From NCBI GenBank assembly GCA_040954595.2, contig CM082578.2:13856304-13920303 (forward strand): 64,000 nucleotides of DNA, given 5' to 3'. A program made the position numbers and the translations under genes. Below the pieces are notes generated by a model that had not been told where the DNA came from, searched no databases, and worked only from the letters and a program-made list of their open reading frames with translations. This DNA comes from Balanoglossus misakiensis. Its lineage: Eukaryota; Animalia; Hemichordata. Positions 24,816 to 37,200 of this stretch are shown here, one piece after another (within the stretch, counting starts at the first letter, position 1; every line of letters starts with the position of its first letter).

Positions 24816-25930
24816 AGTGCCTTATGGAGTGTATCCAGTATTACTGACCTGTTCTATAGTTTATCTGTGCATTTACTTCTGTGCGTATTGACTCCCAGGT
24901 TATGTTTGCGGAAGTTATACTTTCAGTTGAGCAGTTTGTAAAACTGACGTTAGTGTTGTGAGTATAACTATAACTGTGTGAAGATCAACTTTAACGCTGT
25001 CAACTTTACAAACTTAGCCTTGATCATTGGTGATTATTGCAAATAAAGTCAATAGATGTATTTTGACATTTGATGTATTGAATTTAATTGTTGAATTTTA
25101 GGCTGAAGCCTATGGTATAGGAAATTGTACAAGAGGGAAATACATCAATGATTCGTTGGTAATAAACGGTAAACTTTACACATTAAAGCTTTCACCTTCT
25201 TTGTTTGGGGTTTTAATTTTTACCGCTTCCGTAGTCGAAAGACCAGACTGGAAAAATGAAAACGGAGGGTGAATTGGAAAGGGGCTTATTCGCAAGAACG
25301 AGGACAGACAAGATTCATGTAAATGTGAGCTCCCATGAAGAAGGTAACAGTGAGACTCTCACATGAATAGTAAATTATTTAGATGATTTACTCGACCTGT
25401 CTTTGACAGATGACATACGTAAGGCCTGCTGGGAGCAATGGTAGGTTTTAAACAAGGAAACTTTTGAAAAGAGTGCTCACATAATTGAACCAGCATGATG
25501 TCTGTATTCTTTACATGTCTCTACGACACAATTAAATTATGTACTTCATATGTAAGTGTGCAATGAAGGTCTTTGTCAGAATATGGCCATGAAATGACCC
25601 GTAGAAAATGCATGTCGACGTTGCTTCACTGCCTACATTAAAAAATAAATATAACTGTTCAAGCATCTTCAGTTTAATAGCCTGAGACTGCATACTCAAT
25701 TCGAATGGTGCCATTACTGTCGTCACTACTAATACAGGTTATAAAAGAATGCTGAACAAAGGCATTTACCTTTGGATTAATTTTAACAAATACAAATTAA
25801 AAATTAAAAAAAATCCTGTATTATAATGGTCAGCATACTTCTCGAAGAATTGACTTGCTCGCAAAAACGCCTGTAAACAATCTCTCATCAGATGGCAGTA
25901 CAGAAGTATTCATTATTTTGTCCGTTCTGA

Positions 25931-26172
25931 GAAGGATGACATTGTTTCAAAATTAAAGGCGCAAAGAGCATATTCTTCTGAAGAGCAGAACGTGCTTATA
26001 AACCTGGGTTTGATGAAGTTTTGAAGAGTTAAATTTGCAAATTTGGGAACTATACTAAATATTAATGGCATTGTCGATTAGTCACGCTACACTACGCTCC
26101 CCCAAATAAATCAACGCTCAATGCGAAGGATGACATTGTTTTCGAAATTAAAAACGCAGTCAGCATATTCTT
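25931..26172 (+). repeat. Degenerate direct repeat, about 47 bp, two copies 194 bp apart
   Basis: GAAGGATGACATTGTTTCAAAATTAAAGGCGCAAAGAGCATATTCTT (25931) versus GAAGGATGACATTGTTTTCGAAATTAAAAACGCAGTCAGCATATTCTT (26125). Confidence 0.85.
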
Positions 26173-29100
26173 TGTGGCCTTCTGACGATACTGTTCCATA
26201 AATCACCTGCTTCATTCGTGTCAATGTCCTTTACCACAGGTCACTCGCAGGTGTTTGACAAAAACACCAATGCTTAGTTTATACGAAGAATCAGTAGTTC
26301 AGTTATTGCACTGCGCACATGATGATCATGGCCACTTTTGAACTGAAACACGTCAACATCGTCCTTGAGAGGTGGGGCTCAGATTGTTCGAACAATACAC
26401 TACCAGTATACTCGCACATAATTAAATGAAGACATATATTTCCGCCTTTATGAAAAATATGACTTGAGTATCAGCGTTGATCTGATTCATTGAATGACAT
26501 GAAATATAAACGGCGCTGTGGTATGTGTTCTAATGATGATTGCATGCAAGATTTCTCTCCTGTCATTAGCGTAGGGACTTACCCATGGGTAATGAATATT
26601 TTTTCACATTCCATGGTCTTGTATTGAGAACAGCAAAAAAACATGCTGAATAATTGCCACATGCTTGAAATTTTAAAAAAGCCTCACGGTAGTGAACATG
26701 ATACAAAATGTAATACACTATGTCAACCAAGTTTATTAAGCTTCATCGTAGCTTTGTTTGTAAAGGTATTCTGTGACTTCATACATGTCACCATGGGAAG
26801 TTGTCACAATGAAAATGTAACCAACACCCGATAATTATCTATCATTCATCATTGATTATATTGATATTTTTTTAAACGGAAACTACTACTAATGAAACGC
26901 GCTTCGGGTGTTATGGTAAAGATATCATAATCTTTCCCGAAGCATGAATAAAACTTGGTCTTCTTTCATTTGGTACAAAACATATCCCATACATGCTTTT
27001 TCAGTTATTGTCAAGAGAAATGTCATCATACAGTCTTCTATCGCTGACGAATGCACAAATTAAAAAAAGTACCAAGATCAAGCCTACCAAAAGGTATTGT
27101 GGTTGAAGCTATTGTACATTTTCGACGTACACACTAAAAAATAAAAATCGCCTACTCGATCTGCACGCATTCATGGGAACCGACAATACTCACGCTTTTA
27201 CTTGGCGCCACTTTGTACTCGAACACTTCAATCACGTAAAAGCCCACGATCTCTTTTGTCCCCAGATTTAGAACTGTTGATTTCCCGCGAGAAATGATAT
27301 TCGGCGACAAATGAGTAATGATTTCAGCACAGCATAGAAGAGCGATATCGCGTCTCTATTATCGGAGAAAGCATCTGTCAGGTATAGCTAACATATGTCG
27401 ACACTTTTCAAAGGGGAAATGTGTCGTTGTTCGAGAACGGGGTAACTGTAATGTGGAAGTTTGCGTTGTATTTCGACGTGACGCCAAAGAAACGCGTGTG
27501 GTTTCAATAACCTGTCACCTACCCTAATTTTACCTACTGACGGATCTGTGAGCCCAAGACTCCAGCGGTGCCACCTTGGCGGTTTTTTGCCTCTTAAATG
27601 GGTTGATTTTTGCTGTGGACGATTTCTCGCAATAACTCGTTCGCAGCAAAATGAGCACATTGGAGGCACAGTAACCGCCAGATTGGCACCAGTAGATCGA
27701 TGGACCCACAGCTACTGCCGACCCTAAACTTTTGAAGAGCCAAATAAATCTTGAAGTAAACAAATCATCATAACTTACACTAGAATGAACACAGGAGTAG
27801 GAAAAATGCAAAAATACTGTAAATACGGTAAGAAGAATTTCTAGATGTCTGCTGGATTTAAAGGCCTATCACGGAGAAATGGAGTATAACGACAACATCG
27901 CATGGTGGCGCTATTGGTAAGTATGGACGGGTGTACCACACGAGGTAGTAGCAATGTCTGTTCCTCTGCCTGCGTGTATGTGTCATCGATATCTCAAGGC
28001 TGGTTGAGTACACAGAGTTTATGCCAGAAGTCATGTTTTACACCAAATGAGGGCGCTGTACATGACTAGCGTGATTGTACGTGCTTGTAAATGAATTTTT
28101 AAGGGTGTCTGTACAATCTGCTCCGAACACCAGAGGTGCAAAGTTTGTTTTGCAATTTCGTAGGTACCCCTAGTATGGAAAGATCGAGGTAAAATTGACG
28201 ATCTTACAGTGTGTGTAGATGGTGGTGAGGCCGTCTATTAGATCTGTGTAGTGCAAGCGATTTAGAGTTGTTAAATACATTCCAACGAGAACATGACACT
28301 AGACTAATGTTTGGTCTTTAAGTGTATATGAACCGGGACTATCATGATAAAGTTTCCTTCCCTAAAAGCCATCACTTTTCAGCTATCCCGCAAGACTTAA
28401 CCTAAACGTAGGATAATTGATGTATCGATGAGTTCGTAACCTTCGACCTTTGCGAACTTCTATGTCTGTCATTGCAGATGATGAAAAGCAGACGTGACAA
28501 GAAACTTTTGCGAAATACACAAACCATTGGGGGCGCTATACTGCATACCGACAGACACATGAAGGCAGATAGACGTAAATCACTGAACATGAAGATAATA
28601 TTACACAGTCGGTCGAGACCACATGCCCTTGAAAACCTGTCACGAATAAATATGGATAGATCTGAGAGTTCATCTATGCTGGGATTGATACTACATAGGA
28701 TTAACGGAGATGTCGTCAACAGATGGGCGTAATCATACTTTCAGCAGGCCGACAAAAATGAAATGTTACATTCCCAAAATATTTCACATTCATTGGTAGT
28801 AAATGAATCAAGTGGAATACACCGTCAATATCTGTCAACAAGGACACGTGTAGGGTGTAAACACATTACGTGCAGTACCACAGTCTGTATACAAAGTCGT
28901 CAAATGTTTTACTGATGTTTAAAGTAAACTGGAGACACAATTTTGTTGTATTTTAAACATAACTGCAGGAAAAGAAAAGGGCACAAGCTGACTCGGCATA
29001 GGTGACCCGGACAGGATTTCCCTGGGGGATTTCCCTCACACACGGACGGCGTTCAACGAAACACACCAAAATCCCCTCAACTGGATTAAAGTACCTCCTG

Positions 29101-30282
29101 CAGGCGAGACCATTATTAAATCCTGTGGCAGTTTGATCACAAAAATTGAGGTTGCGTTACCCTTGGACGCATCCGCCTTTTTTCTGGGAACTGAATGCCC
29201 GATGATTTGTTCATCATTAGTCCTTTGCATATCTTATCCAGAGTGCGCTTTGCATCGACAACTCGAATACAATTCTGGTAGAGTTGCGCGATCATTTCTA
29301 CTTTGGACATTAAAAGAAAACCTCTCTTCCTGTGTTTTCAACATGTACAGAAAATGAGACCAGAATAAAAGTTGGAATGTATCTCGGGAACTGTTCTAAT
29401 ATTTTGTAGCATCAGAGGATTGTGTGGAATCAGCTAGATTAACTCACATCACATGCATGAAGAATCAGGTTCATAATCAGATTAAATCATGAAGAATTAA
29501 TCATTTTGCCAGAAGGTAAACACAGAAGAGTTTGGGATGCCACTTCAGATTTCCAATTCAGGGCAAATTGAGATTATCTTTTTTTTCCATTATAAAATCA
29601 CAATAACTTGAAAGCATGAATTCAGATAAGACAAAAAATATTGGCACGTGTACCTGTTAGAAGGGTGTTAAATTATACGATTGTCAATGCCCTATTAAAG
29701 TCAGTTTTTACAGACGGTTTCAAATACCATACATGTAACAATCTTCACGACGATATTAGCAGACACATCTATACGGCCAAGGTCCATCAATATCCGTAGC
29801 CAGAGCCCCGTCAATAGTTTTAAGATACATTTCAAAATGCCAATGCCATTTTGTGTCTTTCCTTATGCAATATTAGATGCAGACCAAAATTAGCATCAAT
29901 TCCAACCGAAACGTGTGTGACCTCGTTTCGTGCAGGCGCAATTATGTAGTGTTGCACGTAGGGATACTTCAACGAATGGTTTCACTAAAACTTTGAATTA
30001 GGTCACGTATTTTACAAGACGAGCAATTGCCTATCCAAATCTGCGTACACCAATTTCACTTCAATCATGTCAGCACTTCCAAGATTTCGTGTAAAGGGAC
30101 AGAAATTATATAACATTTGCTCACGTGATAAACACAGGGGAGCAACAGTCAAATAAGGAGATGCTCAATGCTTCCTTCTTATGATCTGAACCTTGTTATT
30201 TCAATCTTGTCTACTTTGTTGACAATTCAACCATGATCGGACTAAATGCTGACCTCTCCTTTTAATGGTGCATTACTTACTG

Positions 30283-30304
30283 CAACAACAACAACAACAA
30301 CAAC
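30283..30304 (+). repeat. (CAA)n microsatellite
   Basis: caacaacaacaacaacaacaac. Confidence 0.85.
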
Positions 30305-31079
30305 ATCATGATAATACCAACACACATTGTCTATTTTTACAGAATTGACTGCTACTACTGTTTGGACAGTCCATCTTTCGCGCATCAAAGGTTGGTTTAC
30401 AACATTTAGGTGAACACAGGCGTCAAAATGACATGCCCCCGGATTTATTCCTATCAGACGGCATTTTAACAAGCTTTAAAATACGTGCAATCAAGGTGGC
30501 TTTAAAGTAATATGCACCACGAGATTCAATTGATTGAGTCAGTGTACTCTAGCACTACTTTCAGTTTTGATGTTTTCTGATATGCTCAGATTGATGTCGA
30601 GAGGTCGAACAGTCATTTTCAAATAACTCGTACTGATTTCTTCCCCAGTGGACCAAATATAAGCCTGATTGCTGAGCTTTCCTGTATCTGAGATCAGTAT
30701 CTGTAATATGTTTCGTCAAACCTTGTGCAAGTACCGGTACATCGCCAATGTTCGTTTAATATGGAAATCCGCATTTTATTGACATGACATTGCTAAATGT
30801 GTGTTTCACTGGTGCAAGATCTCAACGAAATCACTAGCTGCAGAAAGTTTCACTAATTTGTTACTTCTGGCTTGGTGGACTGACATCAGCAATGTTATTG
30901 AAAATGAAGTACCGTATATGATCCCCATGATACCAATTGGACCTTATCAATAAGTACTGTATATCCACAATTGCAAACTATCGTCGATTATGTAAATCAG
31001 TGTCGATGTATAATATGCCAATATTGCCATTGTGTTTGCCATAAACAACCATTACCATAAACATTTCAATTCTAGCTAA

Positions 31080-31256
31080 CTTCATTAATATGCAATCCAT
31101 CCCAATTACCAAATCTAATCACTACTTGCCACTTCATACATTTAACGAAATACTTTAAATATGATTTAAATATGATCAGCCGAGCCATCGATTGCATGAA
31201 GAGACAGAGTGATAGGCGACAGTCATACCCCACTTGCGTGTGATCACTGGGGATAG
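31080..31256 (+). repeat. Helitron/Helentron-like repeat remnant ending in a hairpin
   Basis: CATTAATATGCAA...ACCAAATCTAATCA... ending in a CCCCA(31228-31232)...TGGGG(31248-31252) hairpin. Pattern recognition only. Confidence 0.35.
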
Positions 31257-34200
31257 ATTCACTGAATGAAAAAAAAAAACTCTGGTTTTCAAAGTCTACA
31301 CACCTATTGCTAGTGTTTTCCCTTCAACTTAGTAACTACTGTTTCTCTGACAACGTCACGTATCCAATCAGTTTCAGTAAACGATTTTAATTAAAAACTA
31401 AGACAATATAGAGTATTCGCAGCCTCACACATTTCTTTTCCTTCGCGTTAATGAGGCTTCACAGTCTTGATCGATGACGTTCTACATGACCGTTAAATCA
31501 TAACGATGGAATTATGCTTTAAAGTGGCCTGTTGACATTTGGAAATGTCGCGCACGTTCCGCACTTGCATCAATAACGCATCTCCTGATTATCAAGTTTT
31601 CCGAAAGCTCAGTAACTCACTGATATCCTGGTGCTTTGTTGCAATGGCCATTAACACTACAAAACTAGACCCCCAAAACAGCGCCGTCGCTTTCACAGCA
31701 GGGAGCTCCAAAGGGAAGACGCTATACACTGAGACACAATGTCGTAATAGTACATAGCTTGGCCGATTTTCTGAAAGATACGGCTCTCCTGGATAATATC
31801 CTTGTTGCAAAGACACATACTATATTTGAGAATTTGAAGTGTCCCCTATTGCATGAACTAGCTGGCTGTCTGTCTGTGCATGTACGCGTGCGTGCGTGCG
31901 TGCGTGTGGACCTTTCATCTATCTACCTGATACCAGTGAATTGTAGGTATAGGTTGGTATGTATGTAAGTAGGTACTAATGGATAGTATTGGATGATATG
32001 ATCACTGAATAGCAGCACAGACGGATGAAAGAGATGAATAGATAGATGTACATGTCGACCCAGACACAATGCAAACCAGGGGGTATTCACAGAGTGTCTA
32101 TATCACACTCTATTTTGCCATTAGTGATGATTTATTGCAGCGTTTATCAAGGCATCACATCAACACGCCTTCCATCTTCACAAGTCAGAATCTCATGTTA
32201 TTCATATCTCCAAGTGTTGATGTGCATTTGAAGTTAATCGTTTTAGTTGTAGTATAACTATAACGTTGCAATCATACATGTTCACTGAAATGATCACATT
32301 CTTACACTAGTTAAATTGAAGCCTACGGCAGGCTTTGGTATTTCTCGGAGGGGTGGGGGGGGGGGGAGGAGTGGGGGAGAGGCAGATCACAGGAAGAAAC
32401 TCCCATGGATAAAGCTTGCCAATTAAAATGGAAACATATCAAAGTTTTGAATCTTTTCTGTATCGCACATGCGTTTTAAGTTTTCAAATTGTACTGGAGA
32501 TACTAAATTAGCGAGTGTCATCCAAAACTGATGCGAAGGTTTTTCCCATGATTTGACATCACACATGTATTTATTTATTTATCCCAGACTACATCTAGTG
32601 AAGCAGAATATGATTCGATCCGTTGATTAAAACAGAATGCAACGAGCAAGCCCGTTACACAAAAAAGTACGGAGCCCGGTTAAGAGTTCGAAGTATATGT
32701 CGAAGTGAGCTAAAATTCTCACAGTTATGTTGTCATCTGGCTTGCATGGAAATGCAGAGGGATGCCTGTCCTTGTAGTATTACCCTCAACTGTGTCAACA
32801 TATGGCATCAGCTGTGTTCTTTCATAGCAAAAACGGATGTCACTTGCACACAAAATTTATCTATTGTTAAATGAAATCCAGCAAATATGTGTTGTCGTTT
32901 TGTGTTAATTTGCTGACCTGTCCCACCCGTTTTCAAAGCAGTTAAATGTTGAAATGTATTATGGGCTTGGAAGAACGTTCAACTCTGATTTCATTTCCCA
33001 TATCTGGTCCTGGCGATGCCTGACAAGCCCTGTACTCAGAAAAGCGGGTCTGTTTTGTATCTTTCTTGCTTTTACGCGAAAACAGCTAAGGTTGCATACT
33101 TTAAAGTCACGAAATTACAATGCCACCCATTAAACTAATCACAAGTAATGTGAAGATAAGCAATAATTGCATTTACTTGAAAATAGAACGAAAAATGATG
33201 GTGTACTTAGCCCAGGCGAAATTTTTATCGTTAGTCACCGCGCCTTGACGAAAGAAATTGTCTTCATTTTGACCTTAACAGACCCCTTTTCATATCTTGG
33301 GTTTCGAATGAATTTATGTAGTGATATTTGAGGAGCCTTCGGACCAGGCTAGCATTAACACAGAGAAGAAATAAAAATACACAACAGCTCTGAAAGCGTT
33401 TTATCACACTTCAAACCTATCAACACATGTAGTCGGTTCTGGAAGTATCACTATACATGCCCATCTACCACTGCAGTGTACATGTGATGATGTAAACATT
33501 TTCATGACAGCTATTACACTTAACAAATAACCATATTGTATATGCACAATGCGCGTGTCGATATGGTTGCCATAATAACACACTTCCTCTTCTATACTAC
33601 TAGATGTGTTTTCATTTAGTCGGAAAATGACCAGGGTTTACTATAGGTAAGCCACCTACTACAAGGAGGGCTTTGCGGAATAAAACTATGCAGTTTACTG
33701 AGGAGCTATGTGTGTGACCGAACATGCTTTCATAACTGAGAGAGTGGAAAGAGAGAAACAATTTTAGCTGACCGTTGAGGGGAAATAAAGTAGCCCTTGT
33801 GTGGAAGTCGAAAAGAGAGATAAATTTCAGCATTAATAGGCAGATAAATGGCCTGGGAGCATACTTTTATAGGGACAAGGAAACACATATGGGCTGTGGG
33901 CGACTTCGTACTTGAACTAAACGTCAGCCAGCATTATGGGGGAAATTGACGGGAAGGGCAAATTGCTAGCAACACGGACAAGTCGTACATGTACAGGTTG
34001 ATCTGGAAATTCTCATTCTAAACAGGGTTTATTTTCATCTGTAACTTGGCACGTCCAGAGGCCGCGCCTAAGAGCAGAATTAGACGGTCAGGTATATGGG
34101 GAATTCTGGGGAGACATTCAAATGTGCTGGCTGGCAGACAGGTTACAACCAAGCTGCTTTGACAGACTGTCCGACTATCAAGATGACAGTGCATTAACTG

Positions 34201-37200
34201 ACAGACTGGCAGAGATAAATAGAACAACTATCGATATGCGACACAAGAATGACGACCACAAATACATGTAGCTTCCATGGGGGGGGGGGGGGGGGGGGCT
34301 TGCACTCTTAATCCAATGAAAATGCTGACGACACAGGGAAATTAAAAAGCAGTGGCCGTGAAACTGTTCAAATATTGTAATCTATATCGCCATCGATTCG
34401 CCCCATTACCACGGTAATGTTTACATCAACGTGACATGCAATAATGCCATTCATTACTATAAAAGCGCCCTCATGTGGGAAGGGCTAAATATGAAGCCAG
34501 AGTTGTCACTTCAATTCGTCACTACTTTTTCCATAAAACACATATATCTGCATGTAACATGATCAGGCTGACCAGTAGGTCACTAACTTCATTGTGTTTC
34601 TCATTTACAATTTGAAATTCAATCGACTCTCGAGGTTCGATGGATTTTTTCGGTTTGATTTGTTGCCTTACGGACAGCACTTGTCGTGTGCGGGTTTAAT
34701 GAGACCACCCATCACTTTTACGGGTTGGTTGAAGGTAACGTCAAATTAATTGGGGGAGTTGTTGGTACGTAATCCTGAGATCTACTTGATAAAATTAAAA
34801 GTGATCTGGATATGCTGCCTGTCGAATATCCGTATCGTATGTTCAAAGACCTCGGATAGAAATTAAAAATAAATAAAACAACAAAATAAAACAAAACAAA
34901 CCTAGTGTTTCAGAGGCTCTAAACGTTCTAATGAAAAGAAACCGCATGACTACCTGCATTTACTATCACTTGTTGGTGTAAATGTTGACACCGATACTTG
35001 TGCTATGCACGTGGACTTCAGGCATCTTTCACTATCAGACCGCATGGAGGATATGCACCTCCACTGGTGCAAAAAAAATTCAAAAGGATTTTCATTGGCG
35101 CAATCAACCAATTGGCATTGACAGCTCTGGTGAATTACACAGAGGTTCCCACACACACAGTAGAAACATTCGTGCAAAGACGCGCGATGCTAATTGATCA
35201 CGTGGTCTTCCCACAGACAACGACCGAAGTCGGGCAACATATGTTGACAGGATCACCTAGCAGTCTGTCAGAGTGGGAATCGACCTCTAAACTTTCCACA
35301 GCATTTTGCTGGTCTGTGCAATGTATGAACAGAGAGAGTGTTGCCAGTAGAAGTCCCTTGCTTAACGCCCAATTACCAACAACGCCAAGCTACCTACAGA
35401 AAGCAGCCGCGACGTGAAACGTTTAATTATCGCGGAGGGATGCCAATTCCTCCCCCGGTGTTCGACGAAATCAGCACCCAAGGTTGGTGGAAAGGCAGGT
35501 AAGTACATGTAAGGCTTTTGTCACCCATCACACGCACTTCAATCGGTGTCATATACCGTAAGGCAGCATAAAATGGCTGTTTTACCACAAAGCCGTGACT
35601 CGCACCGAAAAATGGAACAACTCGTTCGAATGCCAGATTTAACGCGCAGCAGTGAGCAATTACCTAGGATTGCTCCCGCTTCATTTGGTTCGTGTAGGCA
35701 GTGGTTACCTGCGTGCTGTTTCGTTACCCAGCGTCGCATCAATAGCTACGGCAAAGATAATGCTGTCACCGATCCACTCTAGTGTATGCAAATAGCATTT
35801 TTTGTTGAAACAGATAACCTTGCGGGTGGGAGTGATGTGATTTGGCTTTTGGAATGAAAGGAAAATATGTAATATCAAGAGAAACAGAAAAGGAAATAGA
35901 CAATAGGGCTGCACTCATTGACTTTCGCCGTGCTTTGCAAAGTTCCATTGGAGCACTTGATTACACCTATTAAGGTTTGGAATATTGTTCGGTACATTTG
36001 AAGTGTGTTCCCATTCACTGTGTGCAATAATACCGTGGATACGCCACCGTGTCCCTTGTATGCACAACTGAACAGCTGAATCTGTGCATAGTCGCTGTCG
36101 TTCGATTGATTGGATTCGTGTTCACAAGGTTCGTATAATTTCTGTTGTCAGTAGTTCCTGACGTTATACGCATAGATCTAATTTTAACATAATGATTCAA
36201 GTTACTGTTAACTTGGCCAGATGGAATTTGAATGAGAACAAGTTTTTAATGAATTAAGGTTTGCTCTCTTGTTGTCTTGCAATGTAAAACAAAAGTAACC
36301 AGGTATAGAAAATGCATTATCAGCAGACTATATATTATTTTCTACAACGAGAAATTGCACAGAATATCATAGCAGACCATGTACTTTCGTGAGGACACGA
36401 TTCTATAGATTGCGGAAAGTATTATCTTGTTATCGGCGTTTGACAGTTGTTTTCTTAACTTTCAATAAATTATGGCCTCCATGCAGATAAATTATAGATT
36501 GAAGCAAACCGTGAAACATCTCGCAAATCCATAAATTTGTATTACGCGGACAATTTAAAATTCCATTAAGGAAATAGATTATTTATGTTGTCACACAGGC
36601 CTTACCACTGGTTGATTGTGTTTGATTGATAAGGGCTGCTGTCGATATCAGGAAACCAACTTGATATGATCAATTTCAAAAGGGTGGGATATTTATATGC
36701 ACATCACGAATTAGTTTATTGTGGGTTTTTTTGTCTTGTCGGTTGGTTATTTTTCAGCAACATTCAAACATCACATATTCCGAAATCAAACATTACATGG
36801 ATGGAGACTAGCTTTCTATTGTCTAGTCTATTGGCATTGTGTCCATCAGAGCTCGATGGACTGGGTCGGGTCGCGGCATGTCACGTGACGATTCTTGGCG
36901 GTTGCTGACAAGAATGAGGTCCAAACTTCTGTGACCAGAACCTGTCGATTACACGGCTGTCACAAATAAGGAAGAATGGCGACACTTGGTCTGTTTAATT
37001 TAGTCGGTCTATCTGACACGTGTGTCATACATGTCTACCTCTATTAAAGAATGAACCAAGAGCTCATTACAAATATTGTCGCATTCTAGCATGGTCAAGA
37101 GCAACCAAAATGACTTATTAATATTCTTTTTAAATTCATGGCATACACATTCAATCTTCGACAAGCAATATTGGACAATTGGAATAGTGATCCAATTCCC

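Noticed and set aside
34998-35417. 139-aa ORF, the longest unexplained one
   Set aside because: No recognisable domain, non-ATG start in the sequence, and a length compatible with chance in a GC-richer patch.
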